Below are positions 1 through 7,796 of a DNA stretch of 41,499 bases, piece by piece. The number at the start of each line of letters is the position of its first letter. Within the stretch, counting starts at the first letter, position 1. Position numbers and translations under genes: made by a program. The DNA comes from a virus (Duplodnaviria > Caudoviricetes): IMG/VR virus record IMGVR_UViG_3300037761_000056, positions 1 to 41,499 of that record; one strand, given 5' to 3'. The notes under the pieces were generated by a model. The model searched no databases. It saw nothing but the letters and a program-made list of their open reading frames with translations, and had not been told where the DNA came from.

Positions 1-266
1 ATGGTCTTGGTTGCTTGGGGAGTGAGCTCCTCGTACAACGTCCCGGCGTCGAGGGACAGATATGGTGTAGAGACTCCTAATTCATCTATGAACTTGATGT
101 CTTTCAGAGCATAGATGCGTAGCACGGTGACCCCATTCACATGCACGTAGAGTCTGTTGCTCGCATCAAATACCACTTCCACGTGCTCAGGAGCATGGAT
201 GTCGAGTAAACGTACATCAGTGAGATCAACAGTCTCCTTTACTTTTATAGGAGAGTACTCCCTCAT
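1..266 (-). CDS. hypothetical early protein, runs off left edge (MREYSPIKVKETVDL...)
   Basis: Manual translation: ATG at 266 overlaps the TGA of the upstream gene (ATGA); frame open to position 1. Confidence 0.6.
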   Translation of the reverse strand, partial: MREYSPIKVKETVDLTDVRLLDIHAPEHVEVVFDASNRLYVHVNGVTVLRIYALKDIKFIDELGVSTPYLSLDAGTLYEELTPQATKT

Positions 267-475
267 GAGCCATACCCTCCCAGTCCCTCTGCTGCATCTG
301 CACACGAGTCACATTGGTAACCCAACTCCCGGTCCCGTGCTGTGAGTCTGTTCTTTCCCCCGCAGGTTGGGCATGGCAGGTTACGAGGGTTGCGCTTGGT
401 TGCCCTGCGGAGGGCGCTACGCCCACCGGGGTCTTGAAACTCCATGTCCATGCTGTCTATCTCGTCGCTGTACAT
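263..475 (-). CDS. small zinc-ribbon protein
   Basis: CPTC...CDSC pairs; GGAG RBS upstream of the ATG. Confidence 0.7.
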   Translation of the reverse strand: MYSDEIDSMDMEFQDPGGRSALRRATKRNPRNLPCPTCGGKNRLTARDRELGYQCDSCADAAEGLGGYGS

Positions 476-499
476 CTTCGGCTCTCCATTTTGGTTAGG

Positions 500-515
500 G
501 TTGCGCTAGTGCAAC
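500..515. promoter_or_regulatory. 16-bp palindromic binding site, copy 1 (GTTGCGCTAGTGCAAC)
   Basis: Matches GTTGCRC-NN-RYGCAAC, seen 5 times; intergenic. Confidence 0.7.
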
Positions 516-565
516 AGGGAAGGTGCTTTGTTGTGGGTGGGGCTGTCAACGGCTATCGCCGTCGC

Positions 566-847
566 TCATGTGAACTCCGTTCTCGTGGTTCCCCATTGGG
601 TCTCCGTGTCCGTCACCGGAAGACACCATCTCACTTTGTCCGTGCCGCAGGTGGGACACACAGGCGCAAGCACCGTGATGGGAAACACCACTTCTCGTCC
701 CTCACGTTTGGTGCGGATGAAGATTCGTTTGCTTTCGATGTCTCCCGTTAGCAACCATTCCTTCATGCGTGGTGTGCGGAATGCATCCACCGTGAGTGGG
801 TGTCCCGCTTTGCATGTACGGGAGTGCTTGTGGGTGATCTTAGTCAT
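566..847 (-). CDS. small Cys/His (zinc-binding) hypothetical protein
   Basis: Start MTKITH at 847 overlapping the upstream stop; CKAGH and CPTC motifs. Confidence 0.65.
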   Translation of the reverse strand: MTKITHKHSRTCKAGHPLTVDAFRTPRMKEWLLTGDIESKRIFIRTKREGREVVFPITVLAPVCPTCGTDKVRWCLPVTDTETQWGTTRTEFT

Positions 848-1046
848 CTGAGTATCGTGGACGTTGGGTGGGTGATATCTCACTTTCTGCGAGCCATAAT
901 TCCTTTTGTGTTTGTGCGAGGGATTTGTACGCAAGATACAATACTACTCCACATCGTGGACAGAATGCATCTACCTGCTCTGGGTTTTTGTGTGTGCATG
1001 GGAAGTACACACGACATGACGGACAGTAATGAGAGTATTTAGCCAT
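840..1046 (-). CDS. small zinc-ribbon protein
   Basis: Start MAKYSH at 1046; CPSC and CPRC motifs; overlaps both neighbours. Confidence 0.65.
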   Translation of the reverse strand: MAKYSHYCPSCRVYFPCTHKNPEQVDAFCPRCGVVLYLAYKSLAQTQKELWLAESEISPTQRPRYSDD

Positions 1047-1284
1047 GTGGGAGGGTATGTGTAATTTGGAACTTGCCGAACGACACAGACACAACTTCCC
1101 ACGGTCCGTCAGTGCGGGTTAGATCAATTTCACCTTGCCAATCGGTGTCACCGAGTTCGTCCGGAGCAATGTCGTAATATAGCGCGATAGACGTGTCACA
1201 CGCATCACGTTTGTGGATGAGATGCAATAGCACCATTGAGATCGGCACAGCATCCCGTTTAGGAACACGAGTTGTTTTAGCCAT
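1039..1284 (-). CDS. hypothetical early protein
   Basis: 81-aa ORF, first gene after the 1327-1355 promoter. Confidence 0.65.
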   Translation of the reverse strand: MAKTTRVPKRDAVPISMVLLHLIHKRDACDTSIALYYDIAPDELGDTDWQGEIDLTRTDGPWEVVSVSFGKFQITHTLPHG

Positions 1285-1326
1285 GTTGCTTTTCCATGAG
1301 TTAGGGATCGTTTGGATCGTTTCCCC

Positions 1327-1355
1327 AATTTAATATGGTCCCCATTAGTTGTCAA
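1327..1355 (-). promoter_or_regulatory. sigma70-type promoter
   Basis: TTGACA-17 nt-TAAATT on the minus strand. Confidence 0.7.
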
Positions 1356-1394
1356 CCGTTGGTTGATCGCTCGGTGGGTGCTTCCCGTTGGATG

Positions 1395-1423
1395 TTGATA
1401 ACTAACCGTATGGGTGGTATATT
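1395..1423 (+). promoter_or_regulatory. sigma70-type promoter for the HTH gene
   Basis: TTGATA-17 nt-TATATT with extended -10 TG. Confidence 0.65.
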
Positions 1424-1457
1424 GATAGCATACCCCAACACCCACCATGAGGCTATC

Positions 1458-2066
1458 ATGTCTGACCCAACTCAACCCTACGTATGGATTCCTGGAGACT
1501 CTCTTGATCCTGAGCGCATGTGGAAATGGCTCCCTGCTGATGTGGAGCGATCCAAGTCACTCTCCTATGAGGAAGTCCTGCCGCTCGTGCGCCAATGTGT
1601 GGCAGTTAAGTGGATGGAACCAGAGCCTGCACGCGCTTGGGTTGCCTCCTTAGGCCTCGCTCCGTACCAACAGCTCGCTGTTCTCCGATCTGCTGGGACA
1701 GAGCTCACCACCTCAAGTGGTCACACATCTGCTCCTGCGCCTATGACCCAAAACTGGAATGAGCTCTCCACTCGCCGCGCAGCTCTCTGGCTCGCGGGTG
1801 GCTCTATGTCTCGCATTGCTAAGCTTGAAGGTGTCTCTGAACCCTCTGTAGTGACCGCAGTCTCTCGTGTCCTTCCGGTTCCGCGCATAAAGATTCGCAC
1901 TCAATGTTCTTGGGAGGAGCTCTCTTTCATGCGCTCCTGGTTCATGCGATATGTGGACACCTTCCGGTATCGCCAACCGGAGGATATCGCTCTCGAACTC
2001 ATCCGCCTTGCACAGGCAAACGTGGAGCAAGAAGATGAGCCGCTTGGGGATTATGGTAACCCATAG
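1458..2066 (+). CDS. helix-turn-helix DNA-binding protein (regulator)
   Basis: GAGG RBS before ATG 1458; HTH-like segment WLAGGSMSRIAKLEGVSEPSVVTAVSR; only + strand gene in the early arm. Confidence 0.6.
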   Translation: MSDPTQPYVWIPGDSLDPERMWKWLPADVERSKSLSYEEVLPLVRQCVAVKWMEPEPARAWVASLGLAPYQQLAVLRSAGTELTTSSGHTSAPAPMTQNWNELSTRRAALWLAGGSMSRIAKLEGVSEPSVVTAVSRVLPVPRIKIRTQCSWEELSFMRSWFMRYVDTFRYRQPEDIALELIRLAQANVEQEDEPLGDYGNP

Positions 2067-2069
2067 ATT

Positions 2070-2238
2070 ATAGAGGTACTATAGCGTCGCTCTAGTCCCC
2101 CCTCCGTGCGTGTTCGCACGTTGTGGTTATTGTGTATATATAGTCTATATATTTTTTTTTTAGATACATAATAACCTCTCTCAAACACGCGGACACGGGG
2201 CACCGGGGGGGACTAGAGCGGCTCTATTATACCTCTAT
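2070..2238. repeat. ~170-bp imperfect inverted repeat with AT-rich core
   Basis: Paired arms 2070-2078/2230-2238, 2088-2102/2206-2220 (15 bp perfect), 2109-2114/2184-2189, 2125-2131/2170-2176; TATA tract and T-run at centre. Confidence 0.8.
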
Positions 2239-2251
2239 GGCCTACCCCAAT

Positions 2252-2281
2252 GCCCCCCACGGTGCTCTGTGAGGGGCTTTT
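2252..2281. terminator. intrinsic terminator-like hairpin between convergent genes
   Basis: 9-bp GC stem 2252-2260/2269-2277 followed by TTTT on the + strand. Confidence 0.5.
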
Positions 2282-2340
2282 GCTCCATTAGAAGGGGTTG
2301 TGTGGGTGCCTAACGGTGGTGGTGTGTGCGTGAGGGGTGG

Positions 2341-2946
2341 TTAGTCCTCGTCCTGCTCCTCGTCCTCGTCGTCCTCCAGCAGTTCCATTGCGGCTTCCAT
2401 GTCCTCTGCGTCCGCCGCGAAGGGTGCTTCCGGGTGCACGGTATCCCATTGCTTGATCGCAATGGTGCGGGCAACGTCCACCGTGAGCCCCATCTCCGTT
2501 CCGGCCGCAATGAACAGTTGCGCCCATTCGATCGGATCGGTTCCTTCGTACCGCTCCCCATTGGGAAGTTGCATTACCACTACCGTTACCGTAATGGTAC
2601 GGGTGGCACCGGTCGCGGTTCGGAGTCCGATTATCGCACTCAATACCGCTATGCGCTTCTCGTCCACGGTCCACGGGGCGGCCTTTCCGGCCTTGACGAG
2701 TTTGCCATGCGTTCGGCAGATTCGTTCCCCTGTCACGTCCCATGACGTGCCATTGCAGCCCGCAAGGATTGGCTCGTCACCGTATGCGGCACGGAACTTG
2801 TCTGTGTCCACAAGGACCATAAGTTCTGCAGCCGGATCGACTACGATCTTTTGTGATGCATTCCGGTCGGGTTGGGAATGGACCGGCTGTTGCTTCCATG
2901 CAACACCGATGTCTTCCCATTTGGGTATGTTGTTCGTGTGTGTCAT
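2341..2946 (-). CDS. first early protein, NGTS-motif family, acidic C-terminus
   Basis: ATG 2946 (MTHTNN); tail ELLEDDEDEEQDED; shares a motif with 38609-39025. Confidence 0.75.
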   Translation of the reverse strand: MTHTNNIPKWEDIGVAWKQQPVHSQPDRNASQKIVVDPAAELMVLVDTDKFRAAYGDEPILAGCNGTSWDVTGERICRTHGKLVKAGKAAPWTVDEKRIAVLSAIIGLRTATGATRTITVTVVVMQLPNGERYEGTDPIEWAQLFIAAGTEMGLTVDVARTIAIKQWDTVHPEAPFAADAEDMEAAMELLEDDEDEEQDED

Positions 2947-2950
2947 TGTT

Positions 2951-2985
2951 AGTTGGTTGGTTGATTGTTGGTTGGTTGGTTGGTT
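2951..2985. repeat. (GGTT)n/(AACC)n tract in the translation leader of the first early gene
   Basis: agttggttggttgattgttggttggttggttggtt directly upstream of ATG 2946; no Shine-Dalgarno. Confidence 0.7.
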
Positions 2986-3220
2986 CCATGTTCGATCCCA
3001 ACGCGCGCACACACAACACCCATTAGATTTTGCCACGGACGTCCGTTCAATGTTGGCACGTATTTCGGTCGGTGACCCATACCACACACACACGTTGTTC
3101 GTAACCATGTGTTGGTATGTTCCGACCATTGCGCGTATGCGGCGCACCGATACGTCCAATGGTTGCGGACCAATATGTAACGTCGTGACGTCCGACTATG
3201 CGATCCGGTCGGACATACGT

Positions 3221-3249
3221 AATGTAACCGTGCCGTTAGTTGTTGTCAA
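3221..3249 (-). promoter_or_regulatory. sigma70-type early promoter
   Basis: TTGACA-17 nt-TACATT on the minus strand. Confidence 0.7.
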
Positions 3250-3395
3250 CCCGTTGCCAGCATGCCACAACGACAGCTCCCCCGGTCCAACCCCACGCGC
3301 GAGTCGCCAACGGCGGGGAGGTAGCCTCATTCCAAAATCTCCTCTCTAAAACGATGTGAGACGATCCAATGTGCAGACCATTCAATGTGGGGAGC

Positions 3396-3411
3396 GTTGC
3401 ACATGCGCAAC
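3396..3411. promoter_or_regulatory. 16-bp palindromic binding site, copy 2 (GTTGCACATGCGCAAC)
   Basis: Consensus match; between the divergent early and late promoters. Confidence 0.7.
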
Positions 3412-3435
3412 GCTTCGTGGAGGCTCCAGTGGGGG

Positions 3436-3475
3436 GGGGCTATTGATAAGTCCCCGGGGCTATTGACAAGTCCAG
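3436..3475 (+). repeat. 20-bp tandem repeat overlapping the -35 box
   Basis: ggggctattgataagtcccc / ggggctattgacaagtccag. Confidence 0.75.
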
Positions 3476-3491
3476 TCCCCCATATTATGGT
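3463..3491 (+). promoter_or_regulatory. sigma70-type promoter of the structural arm
   Basis: TTGACA-17 nt-TATGGT upstream of terS. Confidence 0.65.
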
Positions 3492-3526
3492 TCACGCAGA
3501 CCATTTGTAGCCCATTCCCCCGCCAA

Positions 3527-4141
3527 ATGTCCATCCGCCTCGTCAACACCACTATAGGAGTGAGCCGTAAGCGCCGGAACCCCATTCGGGTCCAGCACCG
3601 GATTACTCCCAGGGTGCGCCAGGCCATTCAATTGTATCAGAGCGGTGCAGCCCGCACACAGGCTCAGGCCGCCTCGTGGATGGGAGTGACGGAGCAAGCC
3701 ATCAGTATGGCGATGAATACCACCATAGGGAGACGCTACGTGCAGAGCTTAGATGAGTTGTTGACTCAGGAATATGCTACGGCACAGGAGGCAATTCAAG
3801 CCGCGTCCATGAGGGCGGTCCAGATTGTGGGTGGTTTGGCGGAGAACTCCCCATCGGATACGATAAAGCTCAAGGCGGCAGCGGACCTCCTAGACAGGAA
3901 TCCAGCCACCAGCAAGACACAGAGGGTAGCGGTGGAGTCCTTCACGATTGGGGCGAAGGACGCAAAGGCGATTGCGGAGTCCCTCGTCGCTGCACGAGGA
4001 CTAAGGGAGCAGTTTGCAGAAGCAGCAGAAGGTGACTACATTAGGGTGAAGGACTCAACTGCGCCATTGGCGCTCATACCAGCCGAGGGCGCAGACCACA
4101 AACTCCAAGCGCCCCAGCCTAACCACAAAGGAGTAGAATAA
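3527..4141 (+). CDS. terS: terminase small subunit (putative)
   Basis: N-terminal HTH, helical IKLKAAADLLDR segment, first late gene upstream of terL. Confidence 0.65.
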   Translation: MSIRLVNTTIGVSRKRRNPIRVQHRITPRVRQAIQLYQSGAARTQAQAASWMGVTEQAISMAMNTTIGRRYVQSLDELLTQEYATAQEAIQAASMRAVQIVGGLAENSPSDTIKLKAAADLLDRNPATSKTQRVAVESFTIGAKDAKAIAESLVAARGLREQFAEAAEGDYIRVKDSTAPLALIPAEGADHKLQAPQPNHKGVE

Positions 4142-4326
4142 TGCTCGCGTCGAGAACTATATGGGGGACAGTCCTAGCGGTGATCGGGTGGTTGACGTCA
4201 CCGGAGGTGCTAGCAGTGCTGCCGGAGAAGATTGCTGCAGTGTTGATGGGTGTGGGAGCCATTTTGGGTGCTATTGGGTTGCGTGCAGCGATTGACAAAG
4301 CGGGGACCAAGGAGATCACACAGTGA
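4141..4326 (+). CDS. small two-TM holin-like protein
   Basis: SRTIW start motif, two hydrophobic helices, AAGGAG RBS. Confidence 0.55.
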   Translation: MLASRTIWGTVLAVIGWLTSPEVLAVLPEKIAAVLMGVGAILGAIGLRAAIDKAGTKEITQ

Positions 4327-4367
4327 ATAAGACCAAACGGAAGCCCAAGAAGAAGGTGGGATACTGA
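4323..4367 (+). CDS. 14-aa basic micropeptide MNKTKRKPKKKVGY
   Basis: AAGGAG RBS, GTGA overlap upstream and TGATG overlap downstream. Confidence 0.4.
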   Translation: MNKTKRKPKKKVGY

Positions 4368-4501
4368 TGCGTTGGTTCGCCGCACTGTTGATAGCGCTTC
4401 CGATGGTGGTGGGAGCGCAGGCAATGATCTTGGACACATGCACAGTGCCGTTGGAGCAAACGCTTGGGCGCAAGTCGTTGTGGATAGTAGCCTTAAAATG
4501 A
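4367..4501 (+). CDS. 44-aa signal-peptide-like ORF (MRWFAALLIALPMVVGAQA...)
   Basis: Manual translation; translationally coupled start. Confidence 0.4.
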   Translation: MRWFAALLIALPMVVGAQAMILDTCTVPLEQTLGRKSLWIVALK

Positions 4502-4514
4502 AACCGGAGACGTT

Positions 4515-4856
4515 ATGGATCATGTAGCAAAGCTCCCACCCCTCGTGATTGATGATGGGGAGACCGCTTCCAGTCCCTTGATTTTGGAGAAGAGTAAGAA
4601 ACACTTGACGGTGTTTACGCTCCAGGCACCAGCCACCCTCACAGCGCTCCTAACGGTACAGGTGAGTGACCAGAAGGTTCCGGTTGTGTGGCGGAACTAT
4701 CAGGAGCCTCCCGGAACGGATGTGACGCTAGCTCAGGGGGATGCCATCACTATTGGGCCGCTGGGGGCTCGAGCGTTGAGGGTGCTCTCCGCAGGGGCAG
4801 AGGGCGCTGAGCGCTCCATTGCGGTTCTGTCTCCGTATGCGCTGGCGGGGGTGTGA
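4515..4856 (+). CDS. hypothetical beta-rich virion-associated protein
   Basis: 113-aa ORF with GGAG RBS in the late operon. Confidence 0.6.
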   Translation: MDHVAKLPPLVIDDGETASSPLILEKSKKHLTVFTLQAPATLTALLTVQVSDQKVPVVWRNYQEPPGTDVTLAQGDAITIGPLGARALRVLSAGAEGAERSIAVLSPYALAGV

Positions 4857-5041
4857 TGGCTGACACTATTGCTGGTGGAGAGATTAGATTTGGGGTTGGT
4901 CCGAAAGATATAATCTCCCCTGAAATTGAGAATCAACTTCGTCAAGCACTTTTAGATGCAGCTTGGTTGATTCTTCCTCCTATGAGTTTCGAGATTCAGG
5001 TTATCTTGTATCCTTCTCGTCCGACTGGATATACTCAGTGA
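4853..5041 (+). CDS. hypothetical protein
   Basis: Coupled overlaps at both ends. Confidence 0.55.
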   Translation: MMADTIAGGEIRFGVGPKDIISPEIENQLRQALLDAAWLILPPMSFEIQVILYPSRPTGYTQ

Positions 5042-6642
5042 TTGACCAAGACCTCCCTCACCTGGATGACTCTATCATCCAACTACCCAAGGATGTGAGG
5101 GAAGACCTTGCCTATGAAGCAATGGGCAACCTGTTTGTGTTTGCCCAGGTCTGTGGCTTCCATGATCTGCATATCGGCTGTCATGGTCCTGTGTGCGTGT
5201 TCCATGATCACAATCCCAAGAAGTTCAAGCTTATCTTAATGCCTCGTGATTGCCTCAAGACCTCCCTCATCGGGATTGCAGGGAACCTTAAGCGGGTTGC
5301 GGCGAATAGTGAGTCCCGCATTCTTATCATCAACGAGACCGCTGGTAACGCTGCCCACATGATGCGTGGCATTCGTCAGATTGTAGAAGGTAACAGAGTC
5401 TTCAGGTCATTGTTCTCCTCCATGATCCCTCAAGACACCAAACGCATCCGGTGGAATGACAGCGAGCTGGACTTCCCTCGCCAAGGCCATTACCCTGAGC
5501 CTACCATCACCGCGATGGGGATAGACTCCGCGGTGACCTCTCGTCACTACACCCACATCAATCCAGATGATTTGATCTCTCAGGAGGCCATTAAGTCTCC
5601 TCTGGTCATGAACAATGTCATTCAACGGATGAGTGGGTTCCTCAACCTCCTGGTGGACGAGTCTTCCACAATCACATGGGTGGGAACGCGCTGGGCGTTG
5701 TTTGATGTCTACGTGCGCATCCAACAGGTTTATGGTACTCAGCTTGCTCTTCTCATCCGTTCTATCATTGAGGACGGAGAGATTATCTGGCCCTACAATC
5801 CAGTGACGCACAAGGGCTTTACGCCTGAGCGCCTTGCGTTGCTCCGGGCGGAAATGGGAGAGTACCTCTACTCCTGCAACATGATGAACTCGCCACGGAA
5901 TGAGGAGTTGCAAGACCTCAACGTGGATGATCTGATGTGGTATCGGTGGCGCGGTGAGCGCACGGTGGAGCTGATGGCTGAGGACGGGCAGACGGTGATA
6001 GACTCATGGGACTTAATTGATCTTGACATCACCACTACAGTGGACCTTGCTCCGTCGGAGACCATCAAGGCCGACCGTAATGCTATTAGCACCGTAGGTG
6101 TGAGTCCCAAGCGCCAAGTGATTGTTCTGGATGCGTGGGCTGAGCGTGGTGATCCTGATAAGGTTATTGAGCACTTGTTCTGGCTTAAGGAGCGCTTTGC
6201 CCCTCGAGCCTTCGGCATCGAAGATGTAGGCTACCAAAAGGCCCTCAAGTGGGTTGTTCGCACAAAAGCAAAGGAACGTGAGGTTTATCTCAATGTAGTG
6301 CCTGTGAAGCCGGGAGGGCGAGGTAAGCCTCACGTTCGTGGCCTCCAGCCGATTATGGCAGCGAGGCGCATGTTTATGGACCCTGCTATGCACTTGCTCC
6401 GTAACGAAATGGCTGACTTCCCTTTGGGGAGGAACGATGATGCAGTGGATGCACTCGCGTTGCAGCTTCAGCTCCTCCGCGGAGCAATGAGTCCTCAGGA
6501 GCGCCAGCGCAACGAGGAGCGTCGCAAAGATGCTATGCGTAAGCTCCTTGGTCCACAAGGAGTAGAGGATAAAGTGGATGAGGAGCTGTTTGAGCCCAAG
6601 CCTCGGCGTAGTGGGTTGACAAGGGAGTACACCATAGCATGA
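5038..6642 (+). CDS. terL: terminase large subunit
   Basis: Walker A-like MPRDCLKTS, Walker B HINPDDLI, coupling motif VGTRW, RNase H-like TVDLA and DDAVDAL; GTG start coupled at 5038. Confidence 0.9.
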   Translation: MIDQDLPHLDDSIIQLPKDVREDLAYEAMGNLFVFAQVCGFHDLHIGCHGPVCVFHDHNPKKFKLILMPRDCLKTSLIGIAGNLKRVAANSESRILIINETAGNAAHMMRGIRQIVEGNRVFRSLFSSMIPQDTKRIRWNDSELDFPRQGHYPEPTITAMGIDSAVTSRHYTHINPDDLISQEAIKSPLVMNNVIQRMSGFLNLLVDESSTITWVGTRWALFDVYVRIQQVYGTQLALLIRSIIEDGEIIWPYNPVTHKGFTPERLALLRAEMGEYLYSCNMMNSPRNEELQDLNVDDLMWYRWRGERTVELMAEDGQTVIDSWDLIDLDITTTVDLAPSETIKADRNAISTVGVSPKRQVIVLDAWAERGDPDKVIEHLFWLKERFAPRAFGIEDVGYQKALKWVVRTKAKEREVYLNVVPVKPGGRGKPHVRGLQPIMAARRMFMDPAMHLLRNEMADFPLGRNDDAVDALALQLQLLRGAMSPQERQRNEERRKDAMRKLLGPQGVEDKVDEELFEPKPRRSGLTREYTIA

Positions 6643-6983
6643 GCATGACCGAAAGTCTCCAGGCTCGTGGGTGGTCCAACCAGATCATCGCTAGTGGTAA
6701 GGTAGTTATGGCTGTGATGGTCATAGGAGGCTTCATCCTTGGTGGGATGAGTATATTTAGTGTTACTGTTTCTGTTCCTGCTCGGTTAGGTGCGGTAGAA
6801 GTTCAACAAGTAGAAGCAAAAATAGCTGCTAGGTCTATTCGAGCGGAAGTTTCTGCTATAACTTGGTACATAGAGTTTCTTGTTCGTACTGAGTGTGCTC
6901 AACAAGATGCTAAAACTAAGGCTATCATTAGGAATGGTGGGGGTGTAGATTGTGATAACCCTAACATCAAGATTCCCAGATGA
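6639..6983 (+). CDS. single-TM membrane protein, lysis-associated candidate
   Basis: Hydrophobic helix then amphipathic region; two genes upstream of the peptidase. Confidence 0.5.
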   Translation: MSMTESLQARGWSNQIIASGKVVMAVMVIGGFILGGMSIFSVTVSVPARLGAVEVQQVEAKIAARSIRAEVSAITWYIEFLVRTECAQQDAKTKAIIRNGGGVDCDNPNIKIPR

Positions 6984-7213
6984 ATAGTGAGCTTGTTGCA
7001 CTAATTTCCGTTGGGTCTGTTTTAGTTGCAATCACTTGGTATGTATCTAAGCTTGCGACTCGTCGTGAGGTTGAGGACCTTCGCCATCGGCTGAAGAACT
7101 TTGTCCATACTGTAACAAATCATGCAGCAGAGAACAACTTTCATGCTCTCAAGGATGTGCGCTGGAAGGGTTTGGGAAACAATGGACACTATGACAAATC
7201 ATCTGATATATGA
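6980..7213 (+). CDS. small TM protein (holin-like)
   Basis: N-terminal TM helix, directly upstream of the endolysin. Confidence 0.5.
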   Translation: MNSELVALISVGSVLVAITWYVSKLATRREVEDLRHRLKNFVHTVTNHAAENNFHALKDVRWKGLGNNGHYDKSSDI

Positions 7214-7551
7214 TGACAGCTAATGATTGGGCTGGTTTGACTTTTTTTACTCCGGAGGAGTTCTCACGCCCGGAGTCGATGAATGTAGAGCTTATGAAGA
7301 TGCTTGATTCAGCGAGGAGCATAGCAGGTTTTCCATTTGTGATTACAAGTTCGTATCGTGAAGGGGATGATGGGGAGCATGGAAGAGGTCTAGCGGTGGA
7401 TTTTAGGATACGTGGGGCAGCCCAAAGAGAAATAGCTATGCTTGCTTGCCACAAAGCTGGCTTCAAGCGGCTTGGTATGTATAATAAGCACATTCATGCA
7501 GGCGTAGATCACACATTACCGCTGGGTTGGTGGTCGGGGGAATCTAAGTGA
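7210..7551 (+). CDS. peptidase M15 family endolysin
   Basis: ITSSYR...EHGRGLAVD...HIH zinc-ligand pattern. Confidence 0.8.
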   Translation: MMTANDWAGLTFFTPEEFSRPESMNVELMKMLDSARSIAGFPFVITSSYREGDDGEHGRGLAVDFRIRGAAQREIAMLACHKAGFKRLGMYNKHIHAGVDHTLPLGWWSGESK

Positions 7552-7796
7552 CAACTTCTGATCTTATTACTGCTGAAGGCTTTGATGGAACTGAGGAGGA
7601 CGCAGTTTGGTGGCTTGCTATGCTCCCGATTATTCTGCGTCAGTGGCGCGAGATGGACGGTCCACGGGTGATTCATATAGTGAAGATTCCAATCTTTCGC
7701 AACTACCATATCACAGTGGCAAAGGTTGCTGGATGGGCGTTGTTCTTGTTGGATGTCTTTGGTGTGAATGAGCCAACAGAGGAAACTCTTTCGTGA
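7548..7796 (+). CDS. hypothetical membrane protein
   Basis: GTGA overlaps at both ends; hydrophobic segments. Confidence 0.55.
   Translation: MTTSDLITAEGFDGTEEDAVWWLAMLPIILRQWREMDGPRVIHIVKIPIFRNYHITVAKVAGWALFLLDVFGVNEPTEETLS

Noticed and set aside
2889-2904. Sixth palindrome copy GTTGCTTCCATGCAAC
   Set aside because: Left half-site deviates at two positions; could be a weak site but was not counted.
2951-3240. CRISPR array or iteron array
   Set aside because: Only short GGTT and CA tracts; no constant repeat-spacer period.
2399-3349. 316-aa plus-strand ORF
   Set aside because: Antisense shadow of the 2341-2946 gene and of a stop-poor leader; no RBS or motif.
4420-4526. Alternative frame GNDLGHMHSAVGANAWAQVV as a hydrolase remnant
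   Set aside because: Resemblance to an SGNH DxxH block is too short to support without a search.
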